Positions 16,718 to 24,000 are shown, numbered from the stretch's first letter. The stretch is DNA of 24,000 nt from Hyphomicrobiales bacterium (GCA_040377825.1 JBEINZ010000014.1:1-24000); one strand, 5' to 3'. Notes: a model not told the origin generated them from the letters alone. Numbers and translations: made by a program.

Positions 16718-16765
16718 CTTGAGCCTGTCCCGCTCGGATGATTCCATCCGTTCGGGAAATGCACT
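16718..16765. repeat. intergenic hairpin-repeat locus C (single unit)
   Basis: The unit cttgagcctgtcccgctcggatgattccatccgttcgggaaatgcac shares the CTTGAGCC-GTCC head and a central TCGGAT...ATCC hairpin with the units at loci A and B. Its reverse complement aligns with 11468-11500 (gcatttcccga.cgga.gga.tcatcc). Confidence 0.6.
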
Positions 16766-16812
16766 AGAAGACCAAGAGGCGGTCGGAGCAATCGTCGGCG
16801 GGGGTAACTTGG

Positions 16813-17625
16813 ATGTCCGATATGCGTCTTGTTGTCGTTGGCGCGGCCGGCCGCATGGGCCGCGCCTTGATCCGGACGATCGTTGGGCTCGATGGGGTGA
16901 CGCTCGCGGGCGCGATCGAACATGGCGGATCTTCGCTCCTCGGACGCGACGCCGGCACCCTGGCGGGCCTCGAGCCGCTCGGCCTTGCCGTGACCGACGA
17001 TCCGCTGCCGATCTTTGCTAAGGCCGATGGCGTGTTGGACTTCACGACCCCGGCCGCAACGGTCGGTTTCGCGGAGATCGCGGCGCAGGCGCGTATCGTG
17101 CATGTGATCGGTACAACCGGTCTCCAGCCGGAGGACGAGGCGAAAATCGCCGCCGCCGCCCGTCATGCAGCCATTGTAAAGTCCGGCAATATGAGTCTTG
17201 GGCTCAATTTGCTCGCCGAACTCGTGCGCAGGGCCGCGCGGGCGTTGGACGAGGATTTCGATATCGAGATCGTGGAAATGCACCATCGCATGAAAGTCGA
17301 TGCTCCCTCCGGTACCGCGTTGCTGCTCGGCAAGGCGGCGGCGGAGGGTCGCGGGATCGATCTCGCCGCCCGTTCCGTGATGAGCAGAGAGGGCCATACC
17401 GGCCCGCGCGAACGCGGCGACATCGGCTTCGCGACCCTGCGCGGCGGCACGGTGGTCGGCGAACATGCCGTTGTGCTCGCCGGCGAGCATGAGCGAATCG
17501 AGCTTGTCCATAAGGCCGAGGATCGCTCGATCTTTTCGCGCGGCGCGGTGAAAGCGGCCCTCTGGGCGCGCGGGAAAAAGCCCGGCCTTTACTCGATGGC
17601 CGACGTGCTCGGCTTCTCCGACTGA
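16813..17625 (+). CDS. dapB: 4-hydroxy-tetrahydrodipicolinate reductase
   Basis: [17 protein letters not shown] is the NAD(P) site. The DapB signature [18 protein letters not shown] is present. Confidence 0.95.
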   Translation: MSDMRLVVVGAAGRMGRALIRTIVGLDGVTLAGAIEHGGSSLLGRDAGTLAGLEPLGLAVTDDPLPIFAKADGVLDFTTPAATVGFAEIAAQARIVHVIGTTGLQPEDEAKIAAAARHAAIVKSGNMSLGLNLLAELVRRAARALDEDFDIEIVEMHHRMKVDAPSGTALLLGKAAAEGRGIDLAARSVMSREGHTGPRERGDIGFATLRGGTVVGEHAVVLAGEHERIELVHKAEDRSIFSRGAVKAALWARGKKPGLYSMADVLGFSD

Positions 17626-17659
17626 AACGAAACACGGCCTTGGGACGAAAGGATCGACG

Positions 17660-18280
17660 ATGGAGCGGCTTCTGGTACTGTGCCGGCATGGCGAGAGTGA
17701 ATGGAACAAACTCAATCTGTTCACCGGCTGGAAGGATCCGGCGCTGACGGAGAAGGGCGTCGCGGAAGCGCGCGCCGCCGGCCGCAGGCTTCGCGACATG
17801 GGCCTTTCCTTCGACGTCGCCTATACGTCGGCGCTGTCTCGGGCCCAAAGGACGCTCGATCTCATCCTGACCGAACTCGGCCAAACCGATCTCGCGATCC
17901 ATCGCGATCAAGCACTCAACGAACGCGATTACGGCGATCTTGCCGGTCTTAACAAGGATGACGCACGCCAGCGTTGGGGCGAAGAGCAGGTGCACATCTG
18001 GCGCCGCTCATACGACGTGCCCCCGCCGGGCGGCGAAAGCCTGAAGGATACGGCGGCGCGCGTGCTGCCCTATTTCGAGGCGCATATCATGCCCGATGTC
18101 ATGGCCGGCCACCGCGTCCTCGTCGCGGCGCACGGAAACTCGCTGCGCGCCCTTATCATGAAGCTCGAGGGATTGACCGGCGAGGAAATCATCAAGCGTG
18201 AACTCGCAACCGGCGTCCCGATCATCTACCGGTTCGCCGAGGATGGCTCGATCCTGGAGAAGCTGGATCTTTCTGCATGA
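17660..18280 (+). CDS. gpmA: 2,3-bisphosphoglycerate-dependent phosphoglycerate mutase
   Basis: [20 protein letters not shown] is the catalytic His motif. Also ERDYGDL and [10 protein letters not shown]. Confidence 0.95.
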   Translation: MERLLVLCRHGESEWNKLNLFTGWKDPALTEKGVAEARAAGRRLRDMGLSFDVAYTSALSRAQRTLDLILTELGQTDLAIHRDQALNERDYGDLAGLNKDDARQRWGEEQVHIWRRSYDVPPPGGESLKDTAARVLPYFEAHIMPDVMAGHRVLVAAHGNSLRALIMKLEGLTGEEIIKRELATGVPIIYRFAEDGSILEKLDLSA

Positions 18281-18813
18281 GCGATCCGTCGGATTTGGCG
18301 ATCGTCAGGCTCGATGCGGAGGGGTTCGCCCGGCATCGGGCGGCTCTCGCCGAGATCCTCGTGGATTGTGTCGCCGGAAACGCTTCAATCGGCTTCGTCT
18401 GGCCTTTCGAAAGGGCCGACGCCCTTGTCTATTGGGATGGTCTGGTCGAACCCGTCGCGAGCGGCGCGGTTCGGCTCTTTGGCGCGTTTCAAAACGACGC
18501 GCTTGTCGGAACCGTCCAATTGCATATCGCCGGAAAAGCCAATCAGCCGCACCGCGCCGAGGTCGCCAAGGTGTTGGTTCCACGTCAGCATCGACGCTCG
18601 GGTATCGGACGTGCCCTGATGCTTGCCGCCGAGGACGAGGCCCGCCGGCTCGGCCGCTGGCACCTCCTGCTCGACACGGCCCGTGGCGGCGGCGCGGAAT
18701 CGCTCTACGAGAACCTCGGCTGGATCCCCTTCGGCACCTGCCCCGACTATGCGCTCAATCCGGACGGGACATTCATAGATACTGTCTACTATTGGAAACG
18801 ACTGACTCTTTGA
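18277..18813 (+). CDS. GNAT-family N-acetyltransferase
   Basis: The start overlaps the gpmA stop (ATGA). GNAT motif A reads [21 protein letters not shown], followed by [20 protein letters not shown]. Confidence 0.7.
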   Translation: MSDPSDLAIVRLDAEGFARHRAALAEILVDCVAGNASIGFVWPFERADALVYWDGLVEPVASGAVRLFGAFQNDALVGTVQLHIAGKANQPHRAEVAKVLVPRQHRRSGIGRALMLAAEDEARRLGRWHLLLDTARGGGAESLYENLGWIPFGTCPDYALNPDGTFIDTVYYWKRLTL

Positions 18814-18826
18814 GCAGATGATCGGC

Positions 18827-19750
18827 TCATCGTGCGCCGCTTATCCGTCCTGTTTCCCAGCCCAAGATCGCGCGTTTGCGCGTCAGGCCCCAGTGGTAGC
18901 CGCACAGGTCCCCGGAGCGGCCGAGGACGCGGTGGCAGGGCACGACGAAGCTGATCGGGTTGCGGCCGACGGCCGAGCCGACCGCACGATGCGCCTTCGG
19001 GCTTCCAACGTGATCGGCGATATCGGAATAGCTGGTTGCCCGCCCCATCGGGATTTTCAAAAGCGTGCGCCACACGCGAATCTCGAAATCCGTGCCGATC
19101 AGAACCACGTTGAGCGGCCGATCCACCGTCCATTCTGACGGGTCGAATATGCGCGCCGCATAAGGTGCCGTCGCCGCCGCGTCCTCGATCAAGTCAGCGG
19201 CCGGCCAGCGGGCGGCCATGTCCGCAAGGGCCGTCTCCTCCTCGCCTTCATCGGCGAAACCGAGCCCGGCCAGCCCATGCTCGGTCACGACGATAATCGC
19301 CGCGCCGAATGGCGAACGGTGGAAGCCCCAGCGCATGAGAAGGCCCCGCCCGCGGGCACGATAGGCGCCGGGTGTCATGGCTTCGTGAGTGACGAACAGG
19401 TCGTGCAGCCGCCCAGGTCCAGACATGCCGAGTTCGTAGCTCGTATCAAGCACGCTCACTGATTCACGAAGCAGTTCCCGTGCGGCATCGAGCGTCAGGG
19501 CCTGCAAAAAGGCCTTGGGTGTCAGGCCTGCCCATCGCATGAAGAGCCGCTGCAGCGGTTCGGCACCAAGCCCGACGCGCGCGGCGATGGCTTCGACCGT
19601 CGGCTGCTCGCGCCAGTGTTCCGACATGATCGTGATCGCCTTGCGCACGAGCGCATAGTCGTCGCTTCGATCGTCAGACAGTGTGGCCGAACTGGCCGAA
19701 CTGGCCGAACTGGCCAACAAGGGGTCGGCGTGCAGCAAATCGACTGTCAT
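18827..19750 (-). CDS. AraC-type HTH domain fused to methylated-DNA--protein-cysteine methyltransferase (Ada/Ogt-like)
   Basis: The C-terminal MGMT active site is VVPCHRVLGRSGDLCGYHWG. The AraC HTH reads TVEAIAARVGLGAEPLQRLFMRWAGLTPKAFL. I saw no N-terminal Cys4 Ada zinc domain. I prefer the ATG at 19750 (MTVDLLH...); the track ORF extends to 19816. Confidence 0.85.
   Translation of the reverse strand: MTVDLLHADPLLASSASSASSATLSDDRSDDYALVRKAITIMSEHWREQPTVEAIAARVGLGAEPLQRLFMRWAGLTPKAFLQALTLDAARELLRESVSVLDTSYELGMSGPGRLHDLFVTHEAMTPGAYRARGRGLLMRWGFHRSPFGAAIIVVTEHGLAGLGFADEGEEETALADMAARWPAADLIEDAAATAPYAARIFDPSEWTVDRPLNVVLIGTDFEIRVWRTLLKIPMGRATSYSDIADHVGSPKAHRAVGSAVGRNPISFVVPCHRVLGRSGDLCGYHWGLTRKRAILGWETGRISGAR
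19684..19718. repeat. 9-bp tandem repeat TGGCCGAAC x3 plus a degenerate fourth copy
   Basis: Read directly. It lies inside the CDS above, in frame, and encodes (A-S-S)x3 in the N-terminal tail LLASSASSASSATLSDD. Confidence 0.9.
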
Positions 19751-19887
19751 GGCACTATCCCGCAAACGAAAATCGCCGGAGCCGATCACTCCGGCGCTAT
19801 TCCACGCCGGCGGCACGACGCATGGCGAAGTCCGATACCCTTAGCGCCCGCCGTGTTGTTGCGACACCCGATTTCCGACGTTGACCG

Positions 19888-20433
19888 TCAGACGGTTTGG
19901 GCAGTTGGGCCTCCCGCCCGCGCGGTTGATAGCGCGAGCCGGAGCGCTTCGGCGAATGTAGTCCGATCGACCGGATTAAGGAACGCGCCGACATCAACGG
20001 CCCGCCCCCGTGAGAGCAAGCGAATTCGCGTGACGCCCTCGTCTTCGATCCGCTCGATCTCAAGCCGTGCCCAGACTGGGTTGAGCCTGATCTCTTGTGC
20101 GCGGCCAACCGCCGAGACCTTACGCACGACAATTTCCGTGACAGATACGGCGACTTCCTCGAAGGCGCGCGCGGCCTTCATATTGAGCCGAAACGCAAGC
20201 CAAATCAGAACGGCGTCCAGCCCAACAAAACCGACCACCGGCCAGGCGCCGATGCGCCAAAACGCGAGGCTGGTGATTGCCGAAAGGACCGCCACGGCTG
20301 CCATCAGCAGCAATATACCGCGACGCCCGAGTGATCTATGCGGCACGAGGACCGCGGAAAAGAACGGTTGTTCCTGGCCCGTGGCGATAGGCAGCGCAGG
20401 CTCGTCGTCGGCAATAGGCTTGGCGTTCGTCAT
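19888..20433 (-). CDS. DUF2244-like two-TM membrane protein
   Basis: I prefer the ATG at 20433 (MTNAKPIADD...). HRSLGRRG is followed by two hydrophobic helices (ILLLMAAVAVLSAITSLAFW, WPVVGFVGLDAVLIWLAF) and a soluble tail containing LNPVWARLEIER. This pattern matches my recollection of DUF2244 and was not checked against an HMM. Confidence 0.55.
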   Translation of the reverse strand: MTNAKPIADDEPALPIATGQEQPFFSAVLVPHRSLGRRGILLLMAAVAVLSAITSLAFWRIGAWPVVGFVGLDAVLIWLAFRLNMKAARAFEEVAVSVTEIVVRKVSAVGRAQEIRLNPVWARLEIERIEDEGVTRIRLLSRGRAVDVGAFLNPVDRTTFAEALRLALSTARAGGPTAQTV

Positions 20434-20455
20434 GATCGATGAGTATAGGTGAGCG

Positions 20456-21244
20456 ATGGTCGATGAGAAGCCAAAACGCGAAGCAAAGTCCAACCGATCC
20501 GCGCCTGGAAGGCAAAAGCAACCGGCTGCCGACCGCGCGAAGAAGAAGCCGGACGCCGCGCTGATCGACTATTCGCCCGCCGAGATCCGCGCGATTTTCG
20601 AGCGCTTCCGCATGGTAAAGCCCGAGCCTCTGGGCGAACTGGACCATGTCAATGCGTTCACGCTCCTCGTCGCCGTCGTGCTTTCCGCGCAGGCAACGGA
20701 CGTCAGCGTTAACAAGGCAACCCGCGAACTCTTCCGGTTGGCCGACACGCCCGAACGGATGGTCGGCCTTGGCGAGGATCGCGTTCGCGACTTGATCAAG
20801 ACGATCGGCCTTTACCGTAATAAGGCCAAGAACACGGTTGCGCTGTCTCAAGTATTGATTGACCGACACAACGGCGAAGTACCGCGCGATCGCGAGGCGC
20901 TGACGGCTCTTCCTGGCGTCGGCCGCAAGACCGCTAACGTTGTTTTGAACAGCGCCTTCGGCGAGCCGACCATTGCCGTTGACACGCATATTTTCCGGAT
21001 CGGCAACCGGCTGCATCTCGCCCCGGGCAAAACGCCCGATGCCGTGGAAGCCATTCTAGACCGGATCATTCCGCCCGAATTCAAACGCCACGCCCATCAT
21101 TGGCTCATCCTTCACGGCCGCTACATCTGCAAGGCGCGCCGTCCGGACTGCGAGCGCTGTCCGATTGCCGATCTTTGTAAGTTCGAGGGAAAGACCGCGT
21201 TCGTCCCGTTGCTTGCCTCGGAAGTCGCGCCGCTTGAAGTTTAG
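20456..21244 (+). CDS. nth: endonuclease III
   Basis: LLVAVVLSAQATDVSVNKAT, the HhH-GPD region LPGVGRKTANVVL, the catalytic VDTHIFR, and the 4Fe-4S cluster loop CKARRPDCERCPIADLC. There is a basic N-terminal extension. Confidence 0.95.
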   Translation: MVDEKPKREAKSNRSAPGRQKQPAADRAKKKPDAALIDYSPAEIRAIFERFRMVKPEPLGELDHVNAFTLLVAVVLSAQATDVSVNKATRELFRLADTPERMVGLGEDRVRDLIKTIGLYRNKAKNTVALSQVLIDRHNGEVPRDREALTALPGVGRKTANVVLNSAFGEPTIAVDTHIFRIGNRLHLAPGKTPDAVEAILDRIIPPEFKRHAHHWLILHGRYICKARRPDCERCPIADLCKFEGKTAFVPLLASEVAPLEV

Positions 21245-21356
21245 ATCGACGCCTCTGCACGGCACCCGCCTATAGTCGAGGTTGCGCCGGCGGGGCGTTT
21301 CCGCTACTCGCCACGGCACGGCCCGACGCTTACCCAATTGTTAACATGAGAGTTCC

Positions 21357-22358
21357 ATGAGCGACCCCATTTACGACGTACTCGGTATCGGCAACGCGAT
21401 CGTCGACGTCATCGCGCGAACCGAGGACGATTTTCTCGTCCGCGAAGGATTGGCCAAGGGCTCAATGCGGCTTATCGACGCCGAGGAAGCGACGCGCCTC
21501 TATAGCCATATGCCGGCCGCACGCATGATTTCCGGCGGGTGCGCGGGCAACACGGCCGCCGGCGTTGGTTCGCTCGGTGGCCGGGCGGCCTTCATCGGTA
21601 AGGTCGCGGCTGATGAGTTCGGCATCGCGTTTCGGCACGATATATCCGCCATGGGGATCCATTTCCCAACGACGGCGCTTCTCAATGGCGCGCCCACCGC
21701 CCGTTCCATGATTCTCGTCACGCCTGACGGCGAGCGGACGATGAACACCTTTCTCGGTGCATGTCAGCATCTCACCGAGGCCGATATTGACGAGGGGGTC
21801 GTCAGCGCGGCCGCGATCACATATTTGGAAGGCTATCTCTGGGACCCGCCGGAGGCGAAAGCCGCCTTTCGAAAGGCGGCCGCGATCGCTCATCGCCACG
21901 ATAGGCTGGTCGCGCTGACGCTGTCGGATGCATTCTGTGTCGATCGCTACCGCCCAGAATTCCATGAACTTCTTCGGACTGGAACGGTCGACATCGTCTT
22001 CGCCAATAGCGCGGAGGTGAAGTCGCTCTATCAGACGTCCGATTTTGACACGGCGGTCTCGGCGCTGCGTAACGACGCGAAGCTTGCGGCGGTGACGATG
22101 TCGGAAGACGGGTCGCTCGTTGTGACGCGCGAAGAAACAATTTCGGTTTCCGCCCATCCGGTCGAAACCGTCGTCGACACGACCGGCGCCGGCGATCTTT
22201 ATGCCGCTGGGTTTCTATTCGCGCTCGCGCGGGGCGCGGATCTCGCGACCTGCGCGACCTTCGGCGGCCTTGCGGCGGCGGAGATCATTTCTCATATCGG
22301 CGCGCGGCCGGAGGCCGATCTCGGGGATCTCGCGAGGCAATCCGGCCTATCGATTTAA
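21357..22358 (+). CDS. PfkB-family kinase, adenosine-kinase-like
   Basis: The N-terminus reads YDVLGIGNAIVDV. Also GGCAGNTAAG. PfkB signature 2 is DTTGAGDLYAAGFLFAL. The length and layout fit alphaproteobacterial adenosine kinases. Confidence 0.75.
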   Translation: MSDPIYDVLGIGNAIVDVIARTEDDFLVREGLAKGSMRLIDAEEATRLYSHMPAARMISGGCAGNTAAGVGSLGGRAAFIGKVAADEFGIAFRHDISAMGIHFPTTALLNGAPTARSMILVTPDGERTMNTFLGACQHLTEADIDEGVVSAAAITYLEGYLWDPPEAKAAFRKAAAIAHRHDRLVALTLSDAFCVDRYRPEFHELLRTGTVDIVFANSAEVKSLYQTSDFDTAVSALRNDAKLAAVTMSEDGSLVVTREETISVSAHPVETVVDTTGAGDLYAAGFLFALARGADLATCATFGGLAAAEIISHIGARPEADLGDLARQSGLSI

Positions 22359-22376
22359 GCTCAGGAAGAACTTGTC

Positions 22377-22967
22377 TTACAAACCCTTTTGCGGAGCCTT
22401 CGTCGCGAACTGCTCGTCCTGGGGCTTGGCCGGAATCGTGGCATGCTCGACCGCGTGGCGAATGACGCGCGCCATCAGGTCGAGCCCAAGCGGGGCCAGG
22501 GCCCGCTCCCAAAGGTCCCGCGCGCTCTCGCCTTTTTTGACGAAGACCCAGTCCTGCATGGCAATCGCGCCGGCGTCCATCCGCTCGGCTAGGTGATAGA
22601 TCGTGCCGCCGGCGATCGGATCGCCTTCCTTTACGGTCCATTCCACGGCTGCCATGCCGCGGTGGCGCGGCAGGAGCGAGGGATGGTAGCCAATGCCGCC
22701 GAGCCGCGCCTTGGCGAGCGCCTCGGTCGTGATACGCGCATGGCTATGCGCGGTGACGATGAGCTCGGTGCCATCGGGGATAAGCTCCGCCGGCACAAGA
22801 TGCGGGTCGGATTGCACAACGATCGGCAAGCCCGCCTTAGTCGCCGCGACGGCGAGTCGGTCTTCGGCGTTGAGCACGATCACCGCAAGGATCTCGACAT
22901 CCTCCTTCAGCAAAACCGCAAGAGCCGCCGCGCCGAAATAGCGCGAACCCACAACCGTAATCTTCAT
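22377..22967 (-). CDS. formyltransferase-family protein, N-terminal domain only (196 aa), non-canonical active site
   Basis: I prefer the ATG at 22967 (MKITVVGS...), preceded by GGGGGGAAG; the longer track ORF reads through repeat locus B. It has the HPSLLPRHRG motif and MDAGAI Asp of formyl_trans_N, but the Asn two residues before the His is Gly (GIGYHPSLLP). Confidence 0.7.
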   Translation of the reverse strand: MKITVVGSRYFGAAALAVLLKEDVEILAVIVLNAEDRLAVAATKAGLPIVVQSDPHLVPAELIPDGTELIVTAHSHARITTEALAKARLGGIGYHPSLLPRHRGMAAVEWTVKEGDPIAGGTIYHLAERMDAGAIAMQDWVFVKKGESARDLWERALAPLGLDLMARVIRHAVEHATIPAKPQDEQFATKAPQKGL

Positions 22968-23047
22968 TCGGCTTCCCCCCGTCTTGGCTCTCGACTTGGC
23001 CGTCGCCATAGTCCTCGTCTTGATCCACGTCTTGGCCACCACTCCGC

Positions 23048-23167
23048 CTGAAACAATTCGTTTTCGATCGGATCGAATTATCCGATCGAAAACGAAATGC
23101 TCCAGACTAGGTGGCTTGAGCCAGCCCGTTTCGTTCAGATCGGTTCGATCCAAGACGGGACAGGCTT
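23048..23167. repeat. intergenic hairpin-repeat locus B (two tandem units), including a perfect 16-bp inverted repeat
   Basis: Unit 1 carries TTCGTTTTCGATCGGA (23057-23072), an 8-nt spacer, then TCCGATCGAAAACGAA (23081-23096). Unit 2 starts with CTTGAGCC at 23115 and matches locus A unit 2. Confidence 0.75.
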
Positions 23168-23357
23168 TACGCGTCGGCACGAATTGAAATCGGGCACCGT
23201 TCAGCCGTCAATCGACCTCGATTGGTAAGCTGGAACGTGGCCAAAAGGGAAGCGCAAGTATCAGCACACGCCACACATTCGCCTCGCCCATCCGCGTTAA
23301 AAACGCTCCTTGGTTTCCCGGTTACCCACCAAGGCGCCCGACCGCCCGGTAAACTCA

Positions 23358-23386
23358 TTGCGACCGGCGACCGGATCGGCTAAAAC
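23358..23386 (+). promoter_or_regulatory. candidate promoter of tRNA-Arg (TTGCGA-N17-TAAAAC)
   Basis: Hexamers at 23358-23363 and 23381-23386. The tRNA 5' end lies 12 nt after the -10 element. Confidence 0.4.
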
Positions 23387-23397
23387 CAAATCGCGAA

Positions 23398-23474
23398 GCA
23401 CCCGTAGCTCAGCTGGATAGAGTGCTGCCCTCCGAAGGCAGAGGTCACAGGTTCGAATCCTGTCGGGTGCGCCA
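23398..23474 (+). tRNA. tRNA-Arg(CCG): tRNA-Arg, anticodon CCG, CCA encoded
   Basis: Cloverleaf folded by hand. Acceptor GCACCCG/CGGGTGC. D arm GCTC-AGCTGGATA-GAGT. Anticodon arm CTGCC-CTCCGAA-GGCAG. Variable loop AGGTC. T arm ACAGG-TTCGAAT-CCTGT. Discriminator G plus CCA. Confidence 0.95.
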
Positions 23475-23504
23475 TTTTCTCTCATGTTTTGAATGACTTG
23501 GCAA

Positions 23505-23535
23505 GAGGCCCCTTGAGGCCTCGGCCTCGATTTTT
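23505..23535 (+). terminator. possible terminator downstream of the tRNA
   Basis: GAGGCC (23505-23510) can pair with GGCCTC at 23517-23522 or 23523-28. The hairpin is followed by GATTTTT. Confidence 0.35.
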
Positions 23536-23887
23536 GCGCGCGGAAGCACCACGGAAGCAGTTGGAGAGACATTCTGGAGCGTTCTGGCGCGTGTTTAGCG
23601 TGGATTCGCAGCCCTCCTTTTCGCGGCATGGATGCGCTTGGTCGGGCCGGATCATGTGCTCATCGATCGACCGGCTGGGGGCGGCGTGAGGCGGTCATGC
23701 GTGTTTGCGAACTGCGGGTAATGGTGCTGCGCTCATTCATTGAACCAAGGGCGGATGCAACAATCCTCAGCGCCCACAAAACCAGCTTTCTTAACGCGGG
23801 CTTTATGCGGCGGCGCTGACTTCCGTCTCGCGCCTTTGCGCGATCGTTGAGTATTGGACAGCTCCGCTATCTTCTCGGAGCATGTCC

Positions 23888-23971
23888 ATGGGCGATCTTC
23901 TCTTTCTAGCGCTGGGTCTTGGGGCGTTCGGGCTGTTTGCGGCCTACGCCGCCTTCTGCGCGCGGGTCTGA
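23888..23971 (+). CDS. candidate 27-aa hydrophobic micro-protein (unknown function)
   Basis: The ORF is not in the supplied track. ATG at 23888 has GGAG 7 nt upstream; an in-frame ATG at 23882 would give 29 aa. The product MGDLLFLALGLGAFGLFAAYAAFCARV is one TM helix. TGA at 23969-23971 is followed 4 nt later by ATG 23976 (MPDLILGG...), which runs off the window. Confidence 0.3.
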   Translation: MGDLLFLALGLGAFGLFAAYAAFCARV

Positions 23972-24000
23972 CGCCATGCCGGACCTCATTCTCGGCGGCG

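Noticed and set aside
16708-17799. 363-aa minus-strand ORF antisense to dapB and the start of gpmA
   Set aside because: dapB on the plus strand has unmistakable signatures. The antisense product is low-complexity, and its C-terminal end is merely a read-through of repeat locus C.
19684-19718. Tandem repeat as a CRISPR array or minisatellite locus
   Set aside because: The units are 9 bp, directly abutting with no spacers, and lie inside a coding sequence in frame. This is not CRISPR architecture.
19616-21016. Plus-strand ORF 19616..20452 (278 aa) and minus-strand ORF 20336..21016 (226 aa)
   Set aside because: The first is antisense to the Ada-like and DUF2244-like genes, and its RTGRTGRTG string is just the 9-bp tandem repeat read in another frame. 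The second is antisense to nth. Neither has recognisable domains.
21462-22157. 231-aa minus-strand ORF antisense to the PfkB kinase gene
   Set aside because: It is a shadow frame. The plus-strand frame carries both PfkB signatures.
23882-23971. Calling the micro-ORF KdpF
   Set aside because: The size and the single helix fit, but the KdpF C-terminal pattern I recall (…L-x-x-P-E-[RK]-F) is absent (the ORF ends AAFCARV). The first residues of the downstream ORF (MPDLILGG) do not look like the KdpA N-termini I remember.
1-24000. Search for defence systems, prophage or mobile elements, secondary-metabolite clusters or toxin-antitoxin pairs
   Set aside because: Every sizeable ORF with a credible frame is accounted for by a housekeeping or known family. 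I recognised no integrase, transposase, recombinase, nuclease-helicase, cas or phage structural signatures, and no inverted terminal repeats flanking a gene block.

Overview
This is a high-GC chromosomal window around dnaA. It looks alphaproteobacterial, probably Rhizobiales/Hyphomicrobiales-like; that is inferred by eye from protein sequences and gene order and is not verified. I call 22 protein genes, one tRNA and several small regulatory or RNA-level signals. The minus-strand string from 11387 down to 883 carries ubiE-ubiB, a secreted tandem Inh/Omp19-like protein, a LysR regulator, dabB-dabA, a PII-like signalling protein and ilvD. dabB is a NuoL/Mrp-like PF00361 membrane subunit and dabA is a DUF2309/PF10070 beta-carbonic-anhydrase-like subunit; together they form a DAB-type energy-coupled inorganic-carbon pump. 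The plus strand carries mutM, an enoyl-CoA hydratase, rpsT, a ~600 bp ORF-free low-GC spacer, a single-domain rhodanese, dnaA and dapB-gpmA-GNAT. After that come an AraC-HTH/O6-alkylguanine methyltransferase fusion, a DUF2244-like membrane protein, nth, a PfkB adenosine-kinase-like gene, a short non-canonical formyltransferase-family gene, tRNA-Arg(CCG) and a tiny hydrophobic ORF at the window edge. Most of the window is ordinary core genome. I see no integrase, transposase, CRISPR array, toxin-antitoxin pair or recognisable defence gene, and I cannot honestly point to a wholly new system. The most system-like and least understood part is the LysR/DabB/DabA/PII cluster: the family is known, but its PII partner and its regulation are poorly characterised. 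Four other things deserve a second look. A ~55 bp hairpin-forming intergenic repeat family occurs as five units at three loci. The low-GC spacer between rpsT and dnaA is structured. There is an in-frame 9-bp tandem repeat. A formyltransferase homologue lacks the catalytic Asn. Many long ORFs in the supplied track are GC-driven shadow frames and were rejected.
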